From positions 1-64,000 of the forward strand of contig KZ538426.1 in NCBI GenBank assembly GCA_000934665.2: DNA of 64,000 bases, given 5' to 3'. Within the stretch, counting starts at the first letter, position 1; each line of letters begins with the position of its first letter. Made by a program: the position numbers and the translations under genes. Origin of the DNA: Catajapyx aquilonaris (Eukaryota). This document shows positions 47,701 through 60,800 of the stretch, piece after piece. The notes beneath the pieces were generated by a model. The model made no database searches, was not told where the DNA came from, and was given only the letters and a program-made list of their open reading frames with translations.

Positions 47701-50700
47701 CAGGCCTTTTTTTTAATTCTAGTTTTTTATAGTCTTGCTTAATTTTTTGGGGAGGGAGCTAGGGGGCTAATGGGTTGACCCCTTTTCGCGGCGGGATTTT
47801 TCCGTTTGCCAGGTGTCAAGTGCAGGTAAAAAGGAGGCTTACATCGACTTGTCTTAGAACTGGACGTGAGCTCTGAATAAATTTTTTTTCAGTCGGGCGT
47901 CACTTTTTGACAGATCTGATGACGTGATGCCACTGCCTGCCTCTGCTATTTAGTTATTTTAACGGTTTTTTAAAGAGTAAAATTAATGTTGAGTTTGAAA
48001 CGTGCTGCAAAATCATTTTAAAAAATCAGAATAAGCAAGATGACCCCTGAAGGCAGCAATAGTGGTTCGCATGCTTTGTCAAAATTGTGTGCGTCATATG
48101 TGGACACGCCCAATTATCATACCACCTAATTTGGCAGTTGGCTGCCTGAAGTCAAAAAAATTGGAGCATGTACCTTCTGTCGACAATAAAAAATTATTAC
48201 TTGTATTAATATTAATGCATGTTAAACAAAGGATTTTTTAAAAAAGTAACGTTGTCAACCGGTGACTGCGACTGATGTCACTTGTCATGACAAGAAATAG
48301 TTCCGACGTTAAACGTCCACTGGAGCGTGAAAAAGCGTTTACCAAAACTCCATTTGTTTGTGTAACAAAGGGAGGGAAAAAATGTCAAAACAGATGGGAT
48401 CACGTCAATGAATCACTCTTGGGAAGCTACGGACTCCCCCAAAAGTTTCCAAGACGACAACATAACATCCAGGTCGCGTGTCTGTTTTCGTCCAAAAAAA
48501 AAAGCGTTTGTGGAAGATTGGGATGAAGAGGGGAAAGGAAAAAAATGAGCCTTCTCAAGAATCCCCTCAAGGCAAAAAGGGGAAGAAGGAAATTCGAAGC
48601 TCAAAAATCATCTTTTCTAATTAATGACATCACCTTTGGGGGATGTAAGATGGAGTAATGGGTTGTGCCAGGTGTGCAAGTTGGCTTAATATTTTTCTGA
48701 TACACCCTGTGTTTCGAATGTCACCGCCCTGAAGCCAAAACTATGGGCCCCAGCACACGCCAAAACGCTCAACTGATTGATCGCTGCAGTTTGATCAACC
48801 GAGTCGATACTTGACCCGTACAATGCGAGGGAGTGTCAAATGGCCGGATGTAACCGCCCTCCCACCTGATTATTTAATTATTCTGCTCTGCGCTAGATTA
48901 CAGCTGGAATTTGTGTTTGTGCAATGTAAAATCCCATTTTTTCCGGAGCGATTGTCATGCCAACCGTGACGTATAATAGACTTATTTCAAAATGTTCCCC
49001 GATGTAACACTTGTTGGTACCAGGTCCTCTGCGGTGCAGAAGGAGTTTTAAAAAGATTTTAAACTCCAAATATATGGGTTTGAAGTTTGCACCACTGCTG
49101 AATGGCCACAGAAATATAGTTATAGTCCATAACTCGTCATGTGTTTAAATATTTTGGGACATTTGCAGCATATTGTCATGTCTCACCTACCAGTTTGCCA
49201 AATTTCACAAATTGAAATTTTGGAAATTGAATTTCGTATACGAATATCGCAATATATACAGACAGAGATTATGTATACGTCCCCCAAAAATTCATTCAAG
49301 ATATTGCAATTTCCCTACGCATATTACGCAATACCAAACACAATTTGGAACAGTCGTGGTGTACCCAGGGGGCAAACAACAATTGACCCCACAGCAAAGC
49401 CGCAGAACCGCACTTTTGTCACTCCGGGGTCAACCAAGCGAGGGCCAATAAATTAATGAAGAGTTTCTCTCCCTTCACAGGCCTAATAGGCCTGTTTACA
49501 TATTCTGTCTATTAATTACCGTCCCTACTTAATCAATAAAATGAATTGCTCGGCATCCCAAGGGCGAACTTATTACAAGTTGACCTTGTCCCAAACTGGA
49601 CCCCCACATTCCGACACGCGAAAGGTTACCTTACCATACAGTCCTCAGGACCATCATTTCCATCATCATTGCCATCATTGTTGAGGGGTTAGAAATTTTT
49701 TGGACCAACCTAGCCGGCCACCCCTCGAAATTTATCCGCTTGTTACAGCCGCTTGGCTCATTTTCAACCTCCGACGAGCTCCACCGAGCGGAAAACTGGC
49801 CGAATAAATTTGCATTGGGAAAACAAAGACAAGTATCGCACTACCTTTTTCAACCCTCGTTGCCTCCGCACAGTTTTCACAGCCTGCCAACCCTTACCAT
49901 GGCGTGTGTAATGCGCCTCATGCGTGAAAAACATACCGGAATTTTTAAAAACCAGCAATGTAAACAGTGTCAGGTGGGCTTATTGGGGTCATATCCGACC
50001 ACATAAACATTTTCACTAAATAATTAATTAAAATAATAATAATAAACATGGCAAGAATTGGTATAGGTGGTCGTATTTGGGACCAACCCGATTCCGGAAA
50101 AGAGGTAAAAAAAAATCTGGATTTTGAGTGGACAAACTGCATTTTCTACATAGCTGGGGGAACCGAAAATCAACATTTTGTGTGCGGGGGGGCACGTTCT
50201 GGCCACGCTTTTCCCCAGTTGATGGATCCAGTTCTGGACCACCGTATAGTTATGCGCTTAATTACATCATGGTAGGCTTCCCATCTTGATGATTGACGGT
50301 GGGGTTCTGGATGCGGTACCCCCCTAACATTCCATTATGCATTTTTTGGCGGGAAAAACCCACGTGCCACAAGAGTGCTCGAAAAACTTGCACGCTCGCC
50401 CTTGGGAGCAACAATGAGTGACCCTATACTATTGGCGTCCATCAAAATCGTGTTATTAAAATTGAAACTGGCATCACGCAATCTACCTGGTATCCTTGGT
50501 GCCATATTATAGGAATGCAAATTTTGGGGCTATTAAGGTTGCGCATTCACACTTTTTTTTCTCTCAAGGCACGTCTAAGAGAAAGGGCCGCTTGTCACAA
50601 AACCCGTGGCACAAACTGCCGAAAGCTTTGACAAGTAAATGAAGGTGTGACAGTCTGGCAAACACTTCGGCTTAGGCCATACCATGTAATTAGCTTGTGA

Positions 50701-51312
50701 CAATGTGCCCGCAAGTTAAAGAGTTGCCGGTGCACTTATCAACTTGCCAATACCGTAATGTTCCGCACCTTACCCGCAACATTTTCTTTAAGAAATTAAT
50801 AGCTCCATTTAATTACTAAAAGACACCTGGTGGAATTCCAGCATTGTGCGGAACAATTCGAATTGGAACCACCTGCAACAATAAATATTGTGAGCAAGGA
50901 GAAAGGGTAGGTCCTCCGGAGACGCCCATCGTACTTCCCATTTCTTTCTTTTAATCAAGACCAATTTCTACGCTCTTCTTCTCAGCTGGAAATCTTGCAC
51001 GTGTAGCCTCCCCATTTTGTATATAACACTATCCAGCCAGAAAATATGCTTGGTGCATGCGGATGATATCATTCAACAGAAGGAGCCTTATTAGCCTGAG
51101 GGGTGCGCATTCCTAATGGTGTTTGCGCATTGTGCAAAAGAGATATGTGGCAGAAAGTGTAGCAGTTGCGGCGTCCGACTGAGGCACAATTGCCAGATGG
51201 AAGGCGTGCTATCAGCAGCGGTTCCTGGGTTTCTATCCCGGCGGCGAGATGGGGACAGCGGCAGTTGGCAGTTATATTCGCGGAAAAGCCGTCCCATGGA
51301 GGAAGGAACAAA

Positions 51313-51314
<2 letters not shown>

Positions 51315-51370
<56 letters not shown>
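51315..51370. repeat. (GA)28 microsatellite
   Basis: Uninterrupted GA dinucleotide run. Confidence 0.97.
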
Positions 51371-51373
<3 letters not shown>

Positions 51374-54300
51374 GGACTCCTCCGGGGCTCATTAGGCTGC
51401 AATTGAAACAATGGCGGTGGCTGTCAGACGCGAAGAATGCGGTTGTCATGGAGACGCAATGGCAATCACAAGGAAGGGCCGCGCCCGCCCCGGGGCGAGT
51501 CATTAGAAGGAGTCTGCTCTCGCCCTCTGTATTAGTGACATATGTGACATCAATTATGTCTGAGCATGAACTGTTGGACAAAGCGCAGCTGTGGTGGTAC
51601 TAGGATCTTTTAAGTTTTTTAAAAAAGAGGACCAGGTGAAGGCCAGGCAGTCCCAATTTGAATGGCAAATGAGGTTGAAAATCCGGTCAGTTGGCAGTGG
51701 GCTCTATGCCCCCTTTGTTTGCCCCGGGGCCGTCCCGCCGAGCTGTGATTATCCCATCACAGCTCCTTCGAATCCTCCCGCCCAAACCGCCAACCGCCAT
51801 TGGCACCACTGCTCCCGGCCAAAACAATTGAAAACGCCTCTTACCTACTACGCCCACCCTCAATTACTTACTGCTTGCCTGTCGGGACATAGACGACCCT
51901 ATACCCGAAAAACCAGAACCAGAAGAACCTTTTTTTATCCATCCATCCATCCGGTGGTTCTTTGCAGGGTAGCGCACTTGCAGGAGGAAACAAAGGTTCC
52001 TACCATGGAGAGTCTACTAATCATCTTTGTGGCGGGGTGTCCAGGGACTAATAACATTGGCATGACAAGATGAAAAACTTGCTGTCACTCAAACCACTCT
52101 TCGGTAGTGAAGGGCATGTGTGTGTGTGTGTAGGGAACAGTGGACCGGGGCCGCCTTTGGCTCAAGATCTGTGCCTCCGACAAAGGCATTTATCACTGTG
52201 TCTCGTCACTCATGAGGTTCATTTCATTTCCACCTACTACTGTCACCGGGGAATCCCTTGATTGTTTCTCAGACCTGATGTACGGAAGGGTCAGAAGAAC
52301 GGACCACGCCTGAAGGGGTCCCCCCAGTGTTAGGTTGGCCCCGGCATTGCAGTACTTCATAAGTTACACGAATTGAGTTTGGCGGAGAAATTTCGTCCAC
52401 TTGATATTATGAGAGGGACAATTCAATTTGTTCATGATGCACGCTTGGATGAGGCCACATCGCGTGGAAAACAAGGTTGATTTCTGAAAGAATGAAAGCA
52501 CGATTTCATTTCCATTTCAGAATGACAAATAAGAGGGTCAGCAAATGCTTCAAGTACAGGGCCAGGAATTTGGATGCTCCGGAGCGATCATCATCATCAT
52601 CATTACTGTATAGCAAACGGATTTAGATGCATGACACGTCCCAATGATTTCCGTAATTGCCAAAAACAGGGGTTGGCTCCGAGATGTCCCCCTCATCATC
52701 GCAATGGGAAGAATAAAAAGCTCTTTTTCTAAATTACACTCTTCTGAAGACGCTGTACATTCCGGTACAAAAGTGAACCATGATTCCATTACAGAATAAC
52801 GCCGAGGCCAGGTGTTAATTTATTACAAGCGATGTCAACAGAGCGTTGTTTACAGCTGGGTAATCAGCACCACCTGTAAAACCCCATTTGCTAATTGCTC
52901 TTAATCTGTAATTCTTGCAATAGGGTACACTGTAAAACAGTTTTGCCTCCAACTGTCAACCGGGGGCAAACCACGCATTCAAAAAAAGATGAATCAAATA
53001 GCTATAATCCATTTCTAGGCAGAAGCTTCAATTATTCGGACAACATTTGGCGGACCAGTCCAATTTATTAAACTTTATTCGATCCAAATCCGCTAGGTGC
53101 TAAGCGTCGGATGAATACCGCCGGAGAACAGGACACAATTACACGGGACAGGTTGCTGAAGAAGAAGAGTTTCGGTCCTTAGGCGATCCTCCGCAGCGGG
53201 GTAATACCAGGCTTCTTGCGGTCCTTCATCATTTCCCAGGCCCTTCAACCCCCATAATGGCAGCGCAACAGGCTAAAATGTCATTACGGAATCAGCGGGT
53301 ATACAGTCCAAGTGCTAGGGTTATTTCAGGGGGAGTTAATAGCTCAGCAGCTCCGGCTTTTTATACCACTTTTTTGTCATGTTATGTTCAATGGGCGGTG
53401 GACGTCATATTGTTGTGATCAAAGTATTAAGGGGGTGTGCCCTGATGGTTACACCAGGTGTCATCAGGAGTGAAGTTGCTTCCAAGAAGTCTACAAAAGT
53501 GGGTAACTTCGATGCTCGAATAGGTCACCATAATTGTGCTCTTGCTACTTGCCAGTTAGGAGAATTTTACATACTGCATCTTCCAGCACTCATCTGGTCC
53601 ACCTAACAGGTTTCTCTCTCATGGGCCACAGAACCCTAATGATAGTCATCAAGGGAACAAAGTCACTTTTTCTCCGTTTCAAACTGCTCTTCCACAGAGT
53701 CTCCACCGCTTTACACAAGGGGCTGATCATAAAACTCCGATTATCACTCCTCTCCATCTTCACCCCCACCACCACCATACCTCCTCCTATCCTTGTACCA
53801 CCACCACCCAACACACCTACCTTCTTCTACTCTTGCATTCTGTTCGTTTTTGCCTCCCCCTCCTTTAACCCCCCCGCTCTTACTGCCTGGCCAAATTATA
53901 TACCTTGGGCACATTAGTGATGGGGCAGCATCATGACCATAGCATGCACGCGGGGTCAGCCGGTAGGGGTCAAGGGCCCGAGGGTGGGGCACCTGGATGG
54001 GAGCCTTGATGCCTCCATGCGATTGGTTGATTCCGCTTATCAAATGAGCTGAAGGTACATTTTCCTACCCCTCCTACCATGCTGGAATTTCAACATTTTT
54101 TAGATCTATTCTTGGGGTGGGCAGCAGCATTGTTGAGAGTGATATCACTCCGCAGTGTGTATAGGCTCAGGCGCCAAGGGGCATGGAGGAGCCTGCTTGG
54201 GAGCTGCCTCTGCAAGCCCCTCCCATGGCACCACCATCTGAAGAAACAGCATCCGATCATGCCAAGCCAGCTTGATGGTCCTGAGCGGTCCCGTGAGCTG

Positions 54301-57300
54301 TCCCGCCTCCGCTTGTGGCCAGCTCGTGACTCGGAGGAGGAGGCCTAGGGACCACGAAAACTCCAGGGGTCTCCGGGTGGCCAAGCTGCTTTTCTTCTCC
54401 GTTGACTGCCTTTTTTGTTGAGGTTGTGCCAGAGGGGTGCAGCATACTTGCTGGGGAAGGAAGTAAAGGGGGGTGGACCAACCTCCTCCTGAAGGATGCT
54501 TCTCACTTCATTTGAATCTGTTTTGGACCGCCTGGGGACTGCCACAGTTGCTGCTGCGTCTGAGCCACTGACATCATTCCAGGCCGTTATTGCCCATTGG
54601 GGAGGACGCGGTTTTGTGACGTCATGTCGTGACATCAACATCCCTAGGCTATCTAGTAAAAAAACATGGTGGGCAATTGGCAAAATTAGGTTTTGTAATT
54701 TGTCGTGCGGTTTGAATCTGGCTGCATAACTGCGGTGCACCATTTACAAACACCAGCGCCCTTCGTCACGCTCGCCAACTTATCACCAGGAATCGGCCGT
54801 GTTTGTGGTGAACGTGAGGGCGTTTCGCTGGCTGACCACACGATCTCGATTAACACAGACCACCTCCACGAGCAATACTTACGATGACATCAAGCACGCG
54901 ATTGCCATGTTGCTGATGAGTGTCGCCATGCCCAATGACACGCCCAATAATTGTGGAAGCAACTGCGTAATGCCACCTCGTAAAGTACAAAAAAAAATAG
55001 TGCCTCGGGTCACCGTCTCCGTAGATCATTCTCAAAAGAATTAATGGTGGGATCAAATGAAAAGGATAGGGGTTCTGATAGCCCTCCAGACAATATCCTC
55101 CTCCTCTTTTTTTCATGTATTTTTTTTCCATTGCCCCCTTGGGTCAAGCAGTGTTTCCTCATGTGACGTGCCTGAACCCTCAGGATGGATTCTACCCTAT
55201 GGTTACGAATCGACAACCGAAGGGTCAGGGAAGGCTGGAAACCCATAGTTTTCCTCTTGGATGTAGGAGGGAACCCAGAAGTAGCGGGACTTGGCACGGA
55301 AATCGGTCGAGCATAATACACATCGATAGTCCAAGGAGGATTCTTTCTTCAAACAGAGGTATTCGCAGAAGGTTCATTACTTAGTTTGAACAAGTGGTTT
55401 GAAAATTCAGAGGAACCTGAATGTATGAGTGGTCCTGATTAGAGGGTGGGTAAAGGGGATGACGGGAGGGGGTTGAAGATGGGGGGTCAGAGGTCGGGGG
55501 TAGGACCGGTTGTGCCTCGCGCTGAGCACGAGGGCTGAGGCGGGCGCCAAGGGTGCCGCACTTCCATCTTTTCTCTCCCCCCTTTCCCCATCTCACAACC
55601 TTCCTCCAAGCCGACCCCTAATTAACTAATTTCAGGGATGGGGGAATGGAGTAATGATGGCCTTTCCTCTGGATTTGATGCCTTGCCGTGCGGTACCTGC
55701 CGATTTTTACCCCTCCTTTTTATATTTTTCTAAAGAAATTTTTTTTATCCTCCTCCTCCGGCCACACCTTGGCAGCTATGCCATGCAGGAAATGACGTGT
55801 TGCTCCTTTCTTTTCCATCCAGGTAATCACTGGGTTTAGGACAAACACCGCTTTGCATTAACCTGGCACACTTAGCAAGCGAACACGATCATCGATTATT
55901 TCAATTGTACCGGTATGCCCATGAAACCCGTGGTCCACGGGTAGCCTAAATATATGAAAGAATCTGGAAGCTGCTTGCTAGTCAGATGACATGGCGCCTA
56001 CACACCCGAATTGGTCACCCCGGGGTACTGTAGTGCACCACATTCCTGCAGCTGGAGCCCTTCAGATCCCTGCTTCCAAGGACCCATAATGCCCTAGGGG
56101 GCCACTAATAACAGGGTTTCTTCGTCGTGCATCATTTTTTCCAGCTCATCTAAATCATCCCACCCTGCAATCGTCTCCCGAGATGCTCCACCTCCACCAC
56201 CACCACCTTCCTCATTCCACTCCCTCACATCCAAGTTAGACTCTATTAGTATGCGGACACAACACTGATCCTGGATTATTCAACTCTCGTCCAAGCAACA
56301 TGTGGCCAACCTTTCCACGCTAAATTTGTATCCTTCTTTTAAATATATGTAAGCAGTTGGAGCAGATCGAATCAGAAATTCCTCTGGACTTTATATAGCA
56401 AGCTGTGCCCCATTCTTCTTACAATTGACAGCTTATCATGAATACATTTTTTAAGAATATGAGTCGTAAATTAACATCGTATAATCTTAATACTAAGAGC
56501 AGCTATACTGGACTTTCCCAGCATGCATTGTTCCCATTTTCTTCCCCAAAAACCTCCCCTCTTTCTGGATCGATCCTGTGAGGCAAAAGCTGGGGGGGGG
56601 GGGGGAATCAAANCAGAAGCAGCAGCATCTCTTGCGGGCATACACAGAACGGATCGAAGAAGCAGCAGCATCATGGTGCAGCCCCAGGGCGGAGCGCACG
56701 GGGAAAAGGGAGGCGGGGCTTCGTCTTGGCCCCCGCCCTGCCCCGAGGGGACTAAGGCCCAGGAGAAACATGGCCCCAGGACTTACAATATGACAATATA
56801 CCCTAGAATCAACATATAATATATATTATAGCTAATATAATATCACAGCCTATACTAACATGAAACATAACGTTCATATTGGCTATATTAGCTATAATAT
56901 AATATGACTTAATTTTAGTGTGGGTCCACATTTTGGTATAGTATTTTTGCGTGTACACCAGAGGTGACAGATCGACAAGCATGGGTTTCAAAATGCATGA
57001 CAACAGGCCAGGGTTGTTATTGTGGGGGACTGGCCACAGAGAAACAAGGCCGAAAAACCAGGCGCGGGATTTATTAATATGAGCGGTGCAATTATTGAGT
57101 AGCCTCTGGAAAAGGTCGGAGACCATGTAATTGCATCGGGCCAATCCGACACGTCTTCCTGATGAAACTGTCATTTCATTGATGATGATTGGCAGCTATT
57201 GGCTTGTCAACGACATGAACGGCCCCCATGTGCCATGAACGGAAATCTATTAGATTTTGTCAATGGTTTTTTTTTTGGCCTGTCTCTTTTTTTAAAAACC

Positions 57301-57774
57301 AGAGTATTGACCGTGATCGTTGCACACCCGGGGGGCCGGTACGTTATTCGCGTGTTAATATTTGGCAAGTGGGGAAATTTCGTAAGCTCTCATTTTATTG
57401 GTTTATTTTCTAAATGTAATTTTAACGCTGAGGCTGGGTCCGTCGCGGATCTAAAATTCAGAGCAGCTCTTTAGACAGTAGGCAGCCTGCTTTAAAACGA
57501 CTTTAATGTCAATATTGCGAAACCGGCAGTCGTGGCCTGTTTCCCGATGCATTGTACTCATCGCACGTACAGGAAGCCTACTCTAAAGTAAAGTGAGGTA
57601 GTGAATTACAATCGGGTTTGTGATACACGGTCACTACTTGTGATATCTGCGAACACATGTGTACGAGACTTAATTGGCGAATAAACTATCGAAAAAACGT
57701 GAATGGGATAGTGTTGTGCTATGAATGAACGTGCACAAAATTTGCTTCATAAATTAAAACCGGTCGTATGAATG

Positions 57775-57847
57775 CAAATTAAGGGAAATTCTATTATATT
57801 TTATTAATGATGCCATCATGTATAACCTGAGACTTTCCCTTAATTTG
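57775..57847. repeat. 14-bp perfect inverted repeat with a 45-bp spacer
   Basis: CAAATTAAGGGAAA (57775-57788) ... TTTCCCTTAATTTG (57834-57847). Confidence 0.75.
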
Positions 57848-60800
57848 TGCTAATAAAGCAAGCCTTGTGTGTCTTAAATAGCATAGCACACTGCATTATA
57901 TGGTGTATAGAAATGTCCGTGTTTTTAATTTTTTCTGATAATAAATTAATATCGCAATGTTCCAACCAGTCTCCATGGTGTAGATCTCGGCTAGTGCAGG
58001 AGTGCTCTATGGTATTCTAGGCAGCTAATCGTATTACCCCCTTTGGAGGCGGCTTGGAAGACCCCCCAATGCTAAACAAATGGCCCTGGAAGCCACGCAT
58101 GCGAAATATGCCCCTGGGCCCATCTTTCACTATACAGAACCGCGCATGTCACAACGTTCAACCAAAGGAGGAGGGTGATGGGCAGCATGCCCCAATTCAT
58201 TATCGGCTCTTGCTGCCTCTTACTCCAGCACAACATGGGTTATATTGTAATATACCAGGGTGTACCAGTGATTGTGGCGGCGACTCTTCGGGGAAGATGA
58301 AACAAAAAGGGCAGCGTTGCGTCCCCCATGCTGGGAGTATAATGGCTTCCTCACCCTAACAATGCCCTGGGCAACTGGGCGGCGCTTTCAGGTGCGTGTG
58401 GGTGCGTTTCATATACAGGTTCTCAATGAGGTTCTGGACCCGGGTGTGGTGACCAATGATCCATGCTGAATATTAGCTACATTTCTCCAGTCTTTGAGTC
58501 GGAATATGGCAGCAACTTCTGTGATTCCAGGGCGTTGGAAATTGAATCCTTGAGGTGTTGACAGCATCACCGACAATATTTACAATCATGGCTGTTGGTG
58601 CCTGAAGCAAGAATCTGGTGGGCCACATTTTCATCCCCCTCCGCGGGATGCCAGCTTAACTGGAAATTAAACATATCATTCTGGCGTAAATCTGTCCTTG
58701 ATTGGTAGTAAAGCTCAGGTAGACGCTCGCAGGCGGCACTTATCACCAGATTTACGCCTAACATCTCATTTTTGCCAGGAAGCTCCGGTTGTAAAAATGA
58801 CCCCTTGGGGGGATGTCCTCACCATTGCTGCCAACCTGCTGGGCTCTTTTCCAACTCAGAAGTTGCTGTGCATGACACCTTCAGCTTTGCCCGAAAGGCC
58901 CGAACCGCCACGCGCTTTATATGACCATTGTTGAGGAATTCACTATTTTTTGCCCTCCGACCAATAATAGCGTTTGGGTGAAACATGGAGATGATATCCA
59001 GTCAGTCCTTAGGGGGTAGGCAGTACAGGCCCGTTGCCCTTCTCAACCTTAATCACAGAGCAGGAAGCTCAGTGCCTAATTTAATTACAGCCTCATCCCC
59101 CAGCTGCCAAAGGTATGGCCCCACCTTTCTCTCTATCGGACCTTTCCGCAAAACCGTTTTCTATTTTTTTTAAGAACCCAACTTGGTACGTAAATCACCA
59201 GTTTGAGGTGAAGTATTGAAGTTATGCGTGTGTCCTGCGGTCAAACTCGTAACTGCTTATCAGAAGGGCTTTTAAATATTACATTAATATTCACAGCAGC
59301 GCAATGTGTCTATAAGGTCTTAAAGAGCATTCCGGTGGCTGCGTAAGGAGATCCTGAGGGTGGAGATAGACGGTCATGCAGATAAGGTGCTCGGTATCCA
59401 GAAAGTGAAGCCTTAGGCTTTTTTTTACATTTTTTTTTTCTTTAACCAACGGGTTTAAAGGAATTTATTCCCTTTTCCTCCTTCCACAATACAACATCGC
59501 GCCTTACCACACCTGATAGAGTCGTGGAATTAAGGGGGGGAAATGGAATGGGGGGTTTAGAGAGAATGGAGGAAAAAATTAGCTGGAGGCTTCAGAGCAG
59601 GGTTCCAAATTCGTTGGCCAATAAAAAAAATATCTGGTCTCATCGTACTTTTAATGATGGATGCGTTTCCCTCAAGTGGGCAATAAAAATAGTAATGGCT
59701 GGTTGCTTTCATTAATAGCCGTCAAGTGAACGTACTCCATAAGGAAAATAACTTTACTCGAATAAAAATAATGCCAGGTTATTGCTGCATTACAATTTTA
59801 TGCACGCTCTTAGACTGTGACATCGTCCAGTACTCTGTAATAATGCAAAAAATTTGGTGAAAAAATATTCACGATTTGATACATAGTACAGGATGATTCG
59901 AGACTTTGTGAGTACATCGGAGGGGAAAAGCGGCGGCAAAGGAAGAGCCAAAAAGGAGGCGCCAGTCGCTTTGGTGGCCAAAGGTAGTAATCAGAAAGAG
60001 TGCATCGGGGCCTTGGGCCGACTGTAGCCTTCATCCCCTGTGATTTGCGTGATTTACCGTGCAGGCTGCGAGGAGTATCCGGGCGTTTTTTTGACTGCCG
60101 CCAAAAAGTGGCCGGCCACATTTGAAGAAGTCGAAAAAAAAGAAGAAGAAGTAGGAGGGGTGGCCGTTCATCACCCGATTTCCCACACCCACTATCACTC
60201 CCATATCTTTCCACTCGTTTTGCTCAGCCCTGGGCAGATTTGCACAGTGGATAACGCCTTTCATGAAGAATGCAGACTGGCTACTTCATATATATGGAAG
60301 GCTTCTGCTGCATGATCCGATTCACTCCATCGTAGCCCACGGACACTCGGCATTCCCTATACTGGTACACACTGTTATTACATGCGACAGCTTCTGCTTT
60401 ACCGTTCAATATGCAACACACCTGTCAGGGAGTAAGAAATGCGGGATGCTGTGGGATTGCAAACCCACTCGTGTTGAAATAGCCAAACATCTGACATTAA
60501 TCGGGAATTACCCAGCAAACATGGCCACCAATATGTTAATTACGGGTAACAAAAAATATATATTGGCCATATGAAAGTGACGTTTGAAATTATCATATGT
60601 CAACACATACAAATTAAAACGGCAGGTGAAACGTGAAATCGAGTCGCATTCGACCGTAAGTAAATTAATTCCATGATATTCCAGAGTATATAAAGCCAGG
60701 GCTCGAAATATTACTAGTTGAAAAAAGGTGGTTTCTCTCACCCACCATGCATTCACCATTTAATGAATAACTCACTTCTCATTAAGGATCATTAGCGGAC

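Noticed and set aside
51069..51603. ORFs with ER/LS dipeptide repeats
   Set aside because: Translation artefacts of the (GA)28 microsatellite.
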